From a bacterium (GTDB taxonomy: Bacteria; Desulfobacterota; DSWW01): a DNA stretch of 64,000 nt. The stretch is from contig JBFLZG010000081.1 of assembly GCA_040756235.1 (NCBI GenBank), positions 8,018 through 72,017 of the forward strand, given 5' to 3'. Below the pieces are notes generated by a model that worked only from the letters and a program-made list of their open reading frames with translations, was not told the DNA's origin and searched no databases. Made by a program: the position numbers and the translations under genes. This document shows, piece after piece, positions 48,174-58,082 of the stretch (positions are counted from its first letter, which is position 1; each line of letters begins with the position of its first letter).

Positions 48174-48859
48174 CTCCTCCGGCCTTCGCGGCAAGGCGTT
48201 TACCTTCGGTGCCGCCAGGCATGACGGAACTTCATAGTTAACTTTAAGCAATTGCATTAATGGTTCGTACGCATTAGATTATCTTAAGTCAAGTCGCAGC
48301 ATACGATCGTCCGGCAATTTCAGCTATTCCCACCGAACGCGAAGATCGGATGCGATCTTACAGAAAAGGGGCAACGACGGAGCTTTCTGGTTTCGCAACC
48401 AACCTTCGTCTGACGATCGGCAGCATTCGCCTGACGATGATCAGACGATTGCCTGCTGAGCAGGACATATCGAACCGGACCGCCCTTCCCCTCCTTCTTG
48501 CCAGGCCCAAATTCACGAAGAGCCTGCCCTTGCCTGCAAGCAGGCAGCAAATATCGCGCAAATGCCGGATGTGGTCAAGCTATTACATGGTTCTATTAAC
48601 TTGCACCAGGGGAGCAGCCTAGCCTAGCCTAGACCTCTCACGTTTGGCCCCCCAGACTAGCCGACCGCTGTGACAGATCCGGTCACGGGCAGTGTCCAGG
48701 TCATTGAAGCTGCGGCGGTAAGATCGGTACGCGCGGAGCCAGGCCCCATAGCGCGCAAAGAGCGTGTTGATCATCTCGCGGTAAACCCCATGGCGTTTAG
48801 GAGACTGCCGGACGAGAGGCACGGCAGTTCCAGAGCACGCAAAATCGCATTGCAGACCA

Positions 48860-49270
48860 TCATTGTCCGGGCTCATCAGAGATGCACCCCTTGATGGTCT
48901 GGCAAAGCACGTCTGCAGAAAATGGTTTCGTGAAAGTGCCTGCAATTCCAACCTCGGCGGCGATCTCCCTCACTCTTTCCAACTCACCCGGAAAGCCCGT
49001 CACAATCAGGATTGGGACGCAGGGGTAGCGCCGCCGAAGCCCAAGCAACATTTCAGAAGCTGAAGCATTTGGAAGCACCAGGTCCAGAATCATGAGATCC
49101 ACTTTCTCACAAAGCAACATCTTCTCGGTCATCTCATAACTGGTTGCAACGAGAGGTATAAAATCCATATGCAAGGTTTCGAGAATTGCCAGATAGGACG
49201 CAATCACTGAAAGGTCGTCTTCAATGATAAGAACCCTTTTCGGCGCCACTCGCACTCCTTTCGTCAGCAC
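48860..49270 (-). CDS. stand-alone response regulator receiver
   Basis: LIIEDD, ILDLVLP, IVTG, TKPF. Confidence 0.75.
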   Translation of the reverse strand: MLTKGVRVAPKRVLIIEDDLSVIASYLAILETLHMDFIPLVATSYEMTEKMLLCEKVDLMILDLVLPNASASEMLLGLRRRYPCVPILIVTGFPGELERVREIAAEVGIAGTFTKPFSADVLCQTIKGCISDEPGQ

Positions 49271-49574
49271 GACAGCAGATCACTCAGTCGCACCGGTAGA
49301 GGCCACAAGTCTGCACGAACGGATCATGCTGGAAGGGAGGGTCGCCGATCTTCAGGTCCAGAAGAGGAAAACCGACAGAGGTACCCCCTTGGGCGAGGTA
49401 TTAATCAAGACCTGTGCCAATACGGAAGATCAGAGAATATGTTGTATTTACGTGTGCATACAGGGATTGCCTGGTGATCTCTTGGCACAGAATTCTCAGA
49501 ATGATTCTACCCTTGAGCGGTGCGGATATCAGTCTGATAGGATGGCGACAAGATGGGCGGAGCGACGGCCCGAG

Positions 49575-49850
49575 TTAACCTCTGCGCCACGAGGGCCGGC
49601 ATGATGGCAAACACCCTAACCACCACGTAGTAGATTGTTCTCGGAGGGTCTCGGCTGGCAAGATACTCACGGATCGATAGGCCCGAAGCCAGAGCACAAG
49701 ACCCAATTATCCAACCAGCATCAGCCCAAGTGCGACCGCCCCCATCCCGAGCCGGCCACGCGGTGTAGATGGCCCTGCCGCACGCCGAAGGATCAGCCGC
49801 GCTGATTGAAAGACGACCGCAAACACGATCGGCGTCTTCATGAGCTCAGC
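49575..49850 (-). pseudogene. degraded membrane-protein gene fragment
   Basis: AELMKTPI...RLGMGAVALGLMLV*...LWLR / GLSIREYLASRDP...YYVV..VFAIMPALVA across a stop and a frameshift. Confidence 0.5.
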
Positions 49851-49862
49851 GTTCTCGTCGCT

Positions 49863-50109
49863 CTAGTTGAAGCTCTCCTGAGCCATCCCCACCTCCTCCC
49901 CTGCGACCAGCCATTCCATGGTCGTATCAAGCGCCCTTGCGATCCGGTATAGGGTCATTACCTCGGGGAGCTCGCCCCGGAGACAAGCCTCGAGGACTTC
50001 CGGGGAAACCTCGGCCAGACGAGCGAGCTCGCCCGCACGAAGACACGGCCTGGGTAAGAAGGATCACGAGGCGGTCGGCAAAATCAGGGTTCCGTAGGGG
50101 CTGAGTCAT
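49863..50109 (-). pseudogene. frameshifted XRE-family HTH regulator
   Basis: FADRLVILL / shift near 50045 / ELARLAEVS...LRGELPEVMTLYRIARALDTTMEWLVAG. Confidence 0.7.
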
Positions 50110-50288
50110 TTCTGCTTCTCCATGCGCTTCTTGTACGTCATCACGTCAGCCTCTCGGAACCTCCAGAACCGGCCGTCTTTGAACGCCCGCAGAGTGCCTC
50201 TGCGCGCCATCTCGATCACGTCATCAGGGCTGCAGTCCAGGACTCGGGCTACCTCTTTCGACTTGAGATACTTTTCTTTGGCCTTCAT
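50106..50288 (-). CDS. excisionase-like HTH (HTH_17) protein, copy 1
   Basis: YLKSKEVARVLDCSPDDVIEMARRGTLRAFKDGRFWRF. Confidence 0.8.
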   Translation of the reverse strand: MKAKEKYLKSKEVARVLDCSPDDVIEMARRGTLRAFKDGRFWRFREADVMTYKKRMEKQK

Positions 50289-50371
50289 GATCCGATGCTC
50301 CACCCGTGAGAGGCTCAAGCTGTATTACAGACCGGCTCTTGCGGAGGTGCAACGTCTCTACCCCCCATTAC

Positions 50372-50551
50372 TCATTGTTCTCTTTTATCCTCTCCTCGGA
50401 GTGATTTCTCGATCTTGGATAGAGCATCCGCTGTCTTCTGGCGCAGACTATCTACCTGGTTCTGGAGATCTTGCGTTGATCCTCCCGATCTCTTGTAGGC
50501 CAGGATAGCAATGATGAGTGCTGCAACGGCGATTAGAAAGGTAAGAGCCAT
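50372..50551 (-). CDS. 59-aa single-TM coiled-coil protein (absent from ORF track)
   Basis: GGGAGG RBS; MALTFLIAVAALIIAILAYKRSGGSTQDLQNQVDSLRQKTADALSKIEKSLRG. Confidence 0.7.
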   Translation of the reverse strand: MALTFLIAVAALIIAILAYKRSGGSTQDLQNQVDSLRQKTADALSKIEKSLRGEDKREQ

Positions 50552-50712
50552 GATCCGTACCTCCCATCTAAGGTGAAAGTCATATCATATCATCACAACC
50601 GCGAGGGCTTCAGGGAAATCCCAGCGTACTTCACGAACTCGGCCGCACAAAGGCCGGCCTCCGTCAGGAGTTCACAAGGCGATCAGAGCGAAGAGGTTCC
50701 GAGGGGTCTTGT

Positions 50713-51198
50713 TCATTTCTTTCCCGAGTTTCCTTTCCTCGACTGCTGCAGGGGGCCAACCCCCATAAACCGCACGTCGACTTCGACCGGCTCGCTCGGA
50801 ACTCTACGCTCTATCAGGACCGCCCCTTTGCGGCCGTCCTTTAGGAGCAACGTGTACAGAATGTCCCCATCGAGCTCCTCTCGGTCCTTCACCGCAGTCC
50901 TGAAAACGCCACGCCACCTCTCTGCACCAGGCCGGATGTTGATCGATACGGCCAAATCGTTGAGCAGAGTTCGGTCCCCCTTCAGAAGACGGCCGGTCAA
51001 GAGGCCAACGGTTCTGGCTTGGGCCATTTCCATCTGCTTCTTGTATGCGACCACGTCTTCATGCCGATATAGCCAGAATCTGCCCACCTTGAACGCCCTT
51101 AGCCTGCCCCGCCGAGCCAGCTCGTGTACGTCATCGGGGCAGCAATCCAGGATGTGGGCGACGTCCTTGGAACGGAGGCGTTTCTCAATCGCCTTCAT
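50713..51198 (-). CDS. excisionase-like HTH fused to a small beta-rich C-terminal domain, copy 2
   Basis: LRSKDVAHILDCCPDDVHELARRGRLRAFKVGRFW plus ~100 aa extension. Confidence 0.7.
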   Translation of the reverse strand: MKAIEKRLRSKDVAHILDCCPDDVHELARRGRLRAFKVGRFWLYRHEDVVAYKKQMEMAQARTVGLLTGRLLKGDRTLLNDLAVSINIRPGAERWRGVFRTAVKDREELDGDILYTLLLKDGRKGAVLIERRVPSEPVEVDVRFMGVGPLQQSRKGNSGKK

Positions 51199-51320
51199 GC
51201 ATTCTGTCCTCACTCAAAAGAGGCGGTGAACCAGCTTTCAGACCCCATCCCCCTGCTGTCAATGGCTCGGGCAGCTCGGGTAATCGTGGAAGAAGATGTT
51301 CAGGGGAAGCAGAAATTCGG

Positions 51321-51824
51321 CTATCCTCGAGATCGTCCCTTCCTCTTCAGCTCTGCCCCAAGGAGCTCTCGGACGACCACTTTCAGTACCGCCCTGACGT
51401 CATCGCAGATGAACGGATCCTTGCTCGCCCGAGGGCCGGCGACATTCAGGACCCGGATTCCATTACCCCGGACCCAGAACATGACCCCTTGCGCCGCCTG
51501 TGCCGCGGTCATTTGATCGAGGTCGAGGTGGAGCCACGGCTTCCCATGCCTCTTGGCCAGGGTGCGAGTGAGGGCTGATCCACCGTTCAAGTGCCCGTGA
51601 GAGAAGATCAGAGTACCATCCGAGTCGACGACGTTCTGCTCGGTCCGAGCCTCGTCGCTGGCAGTAGGCATCTCCGTAAGCTCGTAGCGGTCCGGAAGTG
51701 GCCCCGCTTCGGTCAGCCTGCCCTTTGGAATCCATCCCCCGTGTGGCATTCCAAGTTCCATGGCCACATCCAGGGCCGCCTGATCGGCCCCGGTCTGACC
51801 GCCTGAAATGATCTTCTCGAGCAT
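51321..51824 (-). CDS. SLOG-superfamily 'putative molybdenum carrier' protein
   Basis: IISGGQTGADQAALD, RTEQNVVDSDGT, LNVAGPRAS. Confidence 0.85.
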   Translation of the reverse strand: MLEKIISGGQTGADQAALDVAMELGMPHGGWIPKGRLTEAGPLPDRYELTEMPTASDEARTEQNVVDSDGTLIFSHGHLNGGSALTRTLAKRHGKPWLHLDLDQMTAAQAAQGVMFWVRGNGIRVLNVAGPRASKDPFICDDVRAVLKVVVRELLGAELKRKGRSRG

Positions 51825-52108
51825 GGCTCGTCCTGCCCATCCAAGCGCCGTTTGTGGAGGTCTCCAAGAGCTGCCGCACATCCGGGCAGCTTTCCCGGCT
51901 TGGCGCCCCGCCGTGGGTCAGACGCCACAGGCCCAGGCCCATTTTGAGGCTCCGCATCTTACTACATGGCGCCAAAGAGAACAAAGATCTATGGGGTTTG
52001 GATGCTTTTGTGTATCCCATAACTTTTTTCTTGTATCTTCGAGCTACCTCAAACTAGACTGAATTCCAGCCGATGGACCATCCTTCTCTGCAAGGGAGGA
52101 AACCGCCC

Positions 52109-53116
52109 ATGTTCAGGAGAAATCTTCTTCCTATTTGGGCTGGGATCTTGGCGCTTTCCGGCATCTTTCTCATGGGGCAAGACCAAACTTGTTATGCACC
52201 ACAATGCATAGACAATGATCTGGACGGCTACTACGCGATTGATCCGGCCTGTTGTCCTGAAGGTGACGACTGTGATGATGGCAACGCCAACGTGTATCCA
52301 GGAGCACCGGAGCTTTGCGACGGAACGGACAATCACTGCCCCGGAGACGCCGGTTACGGAGAGGTTGACGAAGGATACCCGATGATCTGTATTCCTGGAG
52401 ACTGCTTCCAGATGGGGGACTCTAGCGACTCATGCAACTATGGTCTCGACGAATGCCCGGTTCACGAGGTCTGCATTTCCGCGTTTGAGATGGACTTTCA
52501 TGAGGTGACCAACGCCGAATATGGCGAGTGTGTGACCGACGGCGCGTGCACGGCCCCGCTTCATTCATACAGTTACACCAGACCTTCCTATTACGGAGAC
52601 CCCGCTTACGCCAACTTCCCGGTGATTTGGGTTGACTGGTATCAGGCAAGCGCCTATTGCGAATGGGCAGGGAAGCGGCTGCCCACGGAGGCAGAGTGGG
52701 AGTACGCAGCCAGGGGAGGGTTGGCTGGGAAGAGGTACCCTCGAGGAGACCTCATAGACTGCGATGATGCGAATTATGGGAGGTGGGATGCTTCCTCCGA
52801 ATGCTGGGATTTTGGAGGGCTGGCAAATGATACCCATCCGGTAAAGAGCTACATCGCAAATGGATACGGGCTCCACGACCTGGCTGGGAATGTCTGGGAG
52901 TGGGTCAGTGACTTTTATGATCCAGAATATTATCAGCACTCTGTCGTTCAGGACCCGCCTGGCCCAGATATCGGCACTGCTCGCGTTCAGCGCGGCGGTT
53001 CCTGGGACTGCATTGCCGCAGATCTCCGAGTGGCCAATCGTGAAGACGACCTTCCCACAGACGCTGATGTCAACCGTGGGTTCCGCTGTGCCCGTGGCGG
53101 GGCGTATGGGCCTTAG
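52109..53116 (+). CDS. exported FGE-sulfatase (SUMF1, CLec-fold) protein with N-terminal Cys/Asp metal-binding motif
   Basis: DCDD.NANVYPGAPELCDG.DN.C; EVTNAEY, RLPTEAEWEYAARGG, GNVWEW, RGGSW, GFRC. Confidence 0.88.
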   Translation: MFRRNLLPIWAGILALSGIFLMGQDQTCYAPQCIDNDLDGYYAIDPACCPEGDDCDDGNANVYPGAPELCDGTDNHCPGDAGYGEVDEGYPMICIPGDCFQMGDSSDSCNYGLDECPVHEVCISAFEMDFHEVTNAEYGECVTDGACTAPLHSYSYTRPSYYGDPAYANFPVIWVDWYQASAYCEWAGKRLPTEAEWEYAARGGLAGKRYPRGDLIDCDDANYGRWDASSECWDFGGLANDTHPVKSYIANGYGLHDLAGNVWEWVSDFYDPEYYQHSVVQDPPGPDIGTARVQRGGSWDCIAADLRVANREDDLPTDADVNRGFRCARGGAYGP

Positions 53117-53264
53117 TCATTTCCGCCCTGGACCCAGGGTTTCTGAGCCTACCCCATTGTAATGGAAGGCTGAGCACCCTGTGGGACTGGCCAAGATTCC
53201 GGCCGGGCCGATAATGTGCCCCTGGCTCCCAACTGAACAAGTTCTCCAACGGAGGAAACAACCC

Positions 53265-54233
53265 ATGTTCAGAACACATCTCCTTCCGATTTGGGTTGGG
53301 ATCTTGCTCCTCTCTGGCATGTTTCTGATGGGGCAGGAGACGTGGCCGCCCCAAGGACCGACAAGTCCCGTCCCGGATACAGGCATCACCGAGTGCTCTG
53401 ACAATACACAGGGGATATCATGTCCCTCTCCGGGGGAACCTTTTTTTGGGCAGGATGCACAATATGGTCCTAACGTGATGTCTTTCACAGACAATGGGAA
53501 TGGAACAATCACGGATAACGTGACTGGTCTTATGTGGCAAAGGGAGGACGATGCCACAACCAGAACCTGGTCTGATGCGATCTCCTATTGTGATTCCTTA
53601 GTCCTGGGAAGTTACACAGACTGGCGCCTTCCAAACGTGTACGAAATTGAGAGCATCGTGGACTACAGTAGCTACAACCCGGCCATAGACCTCTTCTATT
53701 TCCCTGGGACAAATTCGAGCGGGTTTGTGTATTATTGGTCGTCGTCTTCTGACGCTCTTCACCCCGAACGCGCCTGGTTTCTTTACTTCCTCGATGGTGA
53801 CATTGGCAGCATCGAAAAGTCCCATAACTACTATGCACGGTGTGTGCGGCGTGGCTCAACCACAAAATCCTTCATTGAGAACGCTAATGGGACAGTAACA
53901 GACACCTCCACCGGTCTTATGTGGCAAAAGGAAGACGACGACGTTTTGACAAGAGATTGGGAAGGAGCCCTGGAATATTGCGAAAGCCTTTCCCTCGCAA
54001 ATCACACAGACTGGAGGCTACCGAACATCAAGGAACTGAGCAGCATTGTGGACAACACGAGGTACAACCCGGCCATAGACCTCTTCTATTTCCCTGGGAC
54101 AAATTCCTGCGGGTACCTTTCCTCATCTACGCACGCCCTGTACCCCACCCACCTATGGTTTTTAGATTTCTTTGGCGGCGAAGTCCGAAGCCAGAGTAAG
54201 ATCGGTACAATCCCTGTCCGGTGTGTGCGTTAG
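53265..54233 (+). CDS. exported protein with two DUF1566 (Lcl C-terminal) domains
   Basis: PDTG...GQDAQY; twice NGTxTD..TGLMWQ, W..A..YC, DWRLPN..E..SIVD, RCVR. Confidence 0.85.
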   Translation: MFRTHLLPIWVGILLLSGMFLMGQETWPPQGPTSPVPDTGITECSDNTQGISCPSPGEPFFGQDAQYGPNVMSFTDNGNGTITDNVTGLMWQREDDATTRTWSDAISYCDSLVLGSYTDWRLPNVYEIESIVDYSSYNPAIDLFYFPGTNSSGFVYYWSSSSDALHPERAWFLYFLDGDIGSIEKSHNYYARCVRRGSTTKSFIENANGTVTDTSTGLMWQKEDDDVLTRDWEGALEYCESLSLANHTDWRLPNIKELSSIVDNTRYNPAIDLFYFPGTNSCGYLSSSTHALYPTHLWFLDFFGGEVRSQSKIGTIPVRCVR

Positions 54234-54419
54234 CATCGGAGAATACTACCTGAGCCACACCCTAACATTCGCCTTTATGACTGTCGGAGCCTGTTCGACA
54301 GTCCGCCCAATGAAATCGTCCGGAAGGACGTCTCCCCCAGACATGACGATGATGAGCCCGGGAGGATCAAAGATGATTTCCGTCTTTGAAAGCTCACGGA
54401 AAATTCAGCTGATGTAGAT

Positions 54420-54953
54420 CTACTTATAGGGAATTAGATACGCAGCACTACCGCGATAGTCGGGATGGCCCGCCCCCCCTGGTGGGGGCTTTCCGTCCGG
54501 TTCGAACATCAGGGTTCCAGAGATTTTCTCGTATCGCCAGCTCTCCTGGAACTTTATGCCCTCAGGGATGTCCTTGAGCTGCTGGAGCCGATTAGCATGA
54601 GCGGCTAGAGTTTCTCGTAGCGATACTAAATGTGGCTCTAAAGACTTCTGGAGGTCCAACCCAATACTCTCTCTCGACTTTGCCACCTCCTCTTGACCAG
54701 CATCCCGGATTGCTTTAAGAGCAGCCACCTTCGCTTCGACAAGGTCACTTGCTGTCTCCATCGCTTCTTTCAGATCAAATTGCAGCTTGATCCCAAAGAG
54801 ACCAAGAATACCTGCGGCCACCCCAACTGCGTAAAGCCAATGGTAAAGTCGATCCATCCTCTTCTTCAGGCTCTCCATTTCCCTCCTCAACAGCTCAACC
54901 TCTTCTGTGCTGTTGTCTGACTTGTTCATCGCTAGTTCTACCTCCTCATTCAT
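54420..54953 (-). CDS. single-TM coiled-coil hypothetical protein
   Basis: hydrophobic segment WLYAVGVAAGILGLFGI flanked by heptad-like helices. Confidence 0.55.
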   Translation of the reverse strand: MNEEVELAMNKSDNSTEEVELLRREMESLKKRMDRLYHWLYAVGVAAGILGLFGIKLQFDLKEAMETASDLVEAKVAALKAIRDAGQEEVAKSRESIGLDLQKSLEPHLVSLRETLAAHANRLQQLKDIPEGIKFQESWRYEKISGTLMFEPDGKPPPGGAGHPDYRGSAAYLIPYK

Positions 54954-55186
54954 TCTGCACTAGAGTCTTCTTCCCAGGGCAAGAGAACCTCTCATGCCGC
55001 TCTGTCAAGAATGGCCCCTTTCTGTGGGTGGACGGCTAACGTTCCAATCTCGTGCGTCCTCACCGACGATCAAACCGGTCAGGAGCCGTTGAACGAACTC
55101 CTCATTCCCGAGCCGCGTAGCCGCCCGTATCTAATCTGGTCGTGGCAATACCATCTCACCCCCGGCAGTCAGCGCAAGTTTTCCGC

Positions 55187-55768
55187 TTAGAGTTCGAGAG
55201 ACCACGTAGAGACGAACCGACAAACTGGCAACCGCGATTCCCGCCGTACAGTTTCAAATCCTTGGTGCACCACTCCTTCGTTAAGGCCGAGGAACACGAA
55301 ACAAGCATGAGAAAGATAGGCAAAACCATGAATACCCCGTCCCAAGAGCAGGGTCAGCTTCCCTTCCAATTGGGCTCGCTCACGCCCACGGGCCAGCGAT
55401 TGGTCGAAGACCGCCGTGAGGGATTCCGGGCGGGCATTGACGATTTCTACGAGTTCATCAACGAAAACGTATGCGGCGCAATTCGACTTCCCTTTGCGGT
55501 CGACCCTAATTCCAATATCCGGATCTAAGAAAACATGGCCAGAATGTGACAGGGCTGAGGTGAGATAGACATGCCTATCTACCTTCGGACCAACAAGATT
55601 CGCCGACAGAATCGGGACGCCAAGGAACCGGGAGAAGGCGGAGGCTTGTTCTGCTGAAACCGCTTCTGTGAACATGGGGTGAACTGCCCAATTACCGAGC
55701 GGGCAAACCCATCGGAGGAGGCTCTGCTTGACGATATCGTACGAGTCCCCGAAGAACCGCAATCTCAT
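55187..55768 (-). CDS. hypothetical protein (FFGDSYD...VFLDPD family)
   Basis: MRLRFFGDSYDIVKQSLL, VFLDPDIGI; possibly a methyltransferase-like fold. Confidence 0.55.
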   Translation of the reverse strand: MRLRFFGDSYDIVKQSLLRWVCPLGNWAVHPMFTEAVSAEQASAFSRFLGVPILSANLVGPKVDRHVYLTSALSHSGHVFLDPDIGIRVDRKGKSNCAAYVFVDELVEIVNARPESLTAVFDQSLARGRERAQLEGKLTLLLGRGIHGFAYLSHACFVFLGLNEGVVHQGFETVRRESRLPVCRFVSTWSLEL

Positions 55769-55864
55769 CTCACGGTGTCCACTCCTGTCGAACAGCTCCA
55801 CTCACCCGCGGGACGCGCAGGCGGCCGGCTGACCCAACTCGTAGTCAGCTGTCCGAACCCGCGG

Positions 55865-56797
55865 TCACCCTGGGCCTCCTCCCTCGCTACCGATCGGGCC
55901 CTGAACAACGACCGTCTGCGCGATCTGAATAAAGGCAACGCCTCGGTGATTCTCGATTATCTTGAAGGCTGGCGTGGCGCCGAGCGTATGGATGCATGCG
56001 TGGTGCACGGAGAGCACCGCCTCCTGAAGATCTTGGTCTTCTTCGAGTAGGCTGACTTTCAGGCCGATATCCGAGCACTTCTTCGCCGAAAGATGACGGG
56101 CGTGAGACTTCGTCAACGCGTGGTTGGCAAGTTCGCGAAGGATCGTTTCTGCCTTCTCGATCCTGTTCGGGTGGGCGGAGAGCATGCCGGAGACGAGCCA
56201 TTCTTTGGTCATCTCGTTGGACCACTGGATCGCCTTTTCGCATTCCCCGACTAGCGTAGGGTTGTACTTTGCGATGATTGGCTGCCACACCGCCATCTTC
56301 ATCTGGTCGGCCTGAATCTCTTTGAACGCTCGTTGGAACTCCTCGACTACTCCATGAGCCGGCATGCCGAGGTACTGGGGGTCGACTGGACCTAGACTGG
56401 ACTGCTTACCCATAACGATCTCCTTGCAGGCACAGGCGATCATGGTGCCTGCCGACATCGCCAACTGGGGCACGATAGCCCGAATATCGGTCCCAAACAT
56501 CGACCGGAGGTAGTCAACCAGTGACTCGGTCGCCGCGGTCTCCCCGCCCGGCGTGTGCAGAATGAGGTCGAGGCCCTTGGAGCGATCGAGTTCATGGATT
56601 ACGGTCATAAAACCGTTCTTGTCGGCGTCGTTGACCTGGAGACCTGCAAGGCCAGGCTTCTGGAGCCAAGCAGAATAGTAAATAATGATATTTCGCCCGG
56701 TCCGTTCGTGAAGGCGTTCCATGTACTTTCGCCGAACAACATCGTGGGTGCTTCCTGCCTCTTTGATTTCGCGAAGCAAGTCATGCCAACTTGGCAT
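55865..56797 (-). CDS. ClpP-fold (SDH/S49) serine protease
   Basis: LDLILHTPGG, AMSAGTMIA, SSLGPVDPQ, SHARH. Confidence 0.85.
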   Translation of the reverse strand: MPSWHDLLREIKEAGSTHDVVRRKYMERLHERTGRNIIIYYSAWLQKPGLAGLQVNDADKNGFMTVIHELDRSKGLDLILHTPGGETAATESLVDYLRSMFGTDIRAIVPQLAMSAGTMIACACKEIVMGKQSSLGPVDPQYLGMPAHGVVEEFQRAFKEIQADQMKMAVWQPIIAKYNPTLVGECEKAIQWSNEMTKEWLVSGMLSAHPNRIEKAETILRELANHALTKSHARHLSAKKCSDIGLKVSLLEEDQDLQEAVLSVHHACIHTLGATPAFKIIENHRGVAFIQIAQTVVVQGPIGSEGGGPG

Positions 56798-56966
56798 GGG
56801 GATTCTCCTCTTCTTCCCAAGTCCATGCGTCAACGTGGATGAATATTTGCTGGGTCTCGCACGGCCCGGAGCCTGAGGCTGACAAAAACCTTTGACGCTC
56901 GGCATCTGTGCCTAGACCCATAGCACGGAACATTGCCTCAAGTTCCTCAATTGAGTGCAGTTTCAT
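56781..56966 (-). CDS. 61-aa protein overlapping the protease start
   Basis: GGAGG RBS; MKLHSIEELEAMFRAMGL... Confidence 0.55.
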   Translation of the reverse strand: MKLHSIEELEAMFRAMGLGTDAERQRFLSASGSGPCETQQIFIHVDAWTWEEEENPHAKLA

Positions 56967-57106
56967 ATCTCGTTTCCCTCCAGAACAGCAAACGTCCCCC
57001 CGCTCGTATTCATCAGAAGATGTGCATTTGGTACTGATGATCAATTTCAAAGACCCTCAGTTGATGAGCTCACTCAATGCACATACTGATGCCTGAGCTT
57101 CCACGG

Positions 57107-57304
57107 TTAAATCCAACCTTTCCTCTTGGCTGCATTGAAGATTTCCTCAAAGTCCCTCGCTGGAAGAAGCGTGGCAAACTGCCCGTACACCCATTTACCT
57201 TTGCTTTTTCCCTTGGCTCCAACCATGTAATAGCAAAGTCGCAGTTCCCACCGGTTTTCCTTGGGAAATACCACCTTCGTCAATTCTGGATAGAAACGAT
57301 ACAA
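57107..57304 (-). CDS. hypothetical protein or remnant
   Basis: ELRLCYYMVG..KGKWVYGQFATL; 5' part appears frameshifted. Confidence 0.35.
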   Translation of the reverse strand: MYRFYPELTKVVFPKENRWELRLCYYMVGAKGKSKGKWVYGQFATLLPARDFEEIFNAAKRKGWI

Positions 57305-57695
57305 AGATCAGAAAATGGTCCTTCGCAACCTTCTTCACATTATCAACGGGGCCAACTCGTCCTCCCGGCCAAACCTTAGACATCCACGGTCACAACATTG
57401 CCGGATTTTCGAACCACGACGATGTCCACGGACTTCTTGTTTCCAAGAGTCAGACTGGCTTCAAATCCAAGACGATGGAGCATGGACAGCACGAAAAACT
57501 CCGCCGCCAGATTAGTATTGTATGTGGTCATGTCTCCATGCCAATCGACGATAGCGAGGCATCGAGGCGCCTGCCCGCCTGCGCGTGACTCGGCAGTATG
57601 GGTCGGATCAAGTCCCCTTCAGATCCGCCCTCACGGTGCTTCCGTCAAAAAGGCTAGTTCAAATCTTCAACGGTAGCCTGGGCTGGTTCTAGATT

Positions 57696-58082
57696 TCATT
57701 TCTCCCACGAGAGCATCCTGCAGAGTACCCTCAGTTGGGAAACCTTTGTTACGTTAATCTCGAAACGATCAACCACTCGAGCAATTTCGGTATCTTCATC
57801 ATAGGTTCGGTTATCCTCTCGCTCCATCTGCCGGTCGATGACCTTCAGGTATACCCGACTGAAGGAGTAGGTATGGTTGTCAGGGAACTTCACGAACGGG
57901 TCGTCGCTTATGCACAGCTCAAACTCGACCTGCACGACGAACCTCACCTGCGACCCTATCGAGTCAATCGTTCTCTCGTACCAAACCCACCGAACCACGT
58001 CAGTCGAATTCTGGTCCCGCCGTGCGAAGCCGAGTTTCTCCAAAAAGGCTGGGTCTCTCGTGACTTCGCGTAGATCGTTCAT
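57696..58082 (-). CDS. hypothetical protein
   Basis: 128-aa ORF co-oriented with its neighbours. Confidence 0.5.
   Translation of the reverse strand: MNDLREVTRDPAFLEKLGFARRDQNSTDVVRWVWYERTIDSIGSQVRFVVQVEFELCISDDPFVKFPDNHTYSFSRVYLKVIDRQMEREDNRTYDEDTEIARVVDRFEINVTKVSQLRVLCRMLSWEK

Noticed and set aside
48405..48450. Three (T/A)GACGAT direct repeats upstream of the helicase
   Set aside because: Too short and irregular to support a binding-site call.
52109..54420. Complete diversity-generating retroelement
   Set aside because: No reverse transcriptase or adenine-specific TR/VR pair is visible; the two DUF1566 ends differ at synonymous non-A positions.
55034..55094. Possible integron attC site (GTTCAAC...GTTAGCC on the minus strand) between short ORFs
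   Set aside because: The inner L boxes are not complementary, no similar sites flank neighbouring ORFs, and no integron integrase is present.
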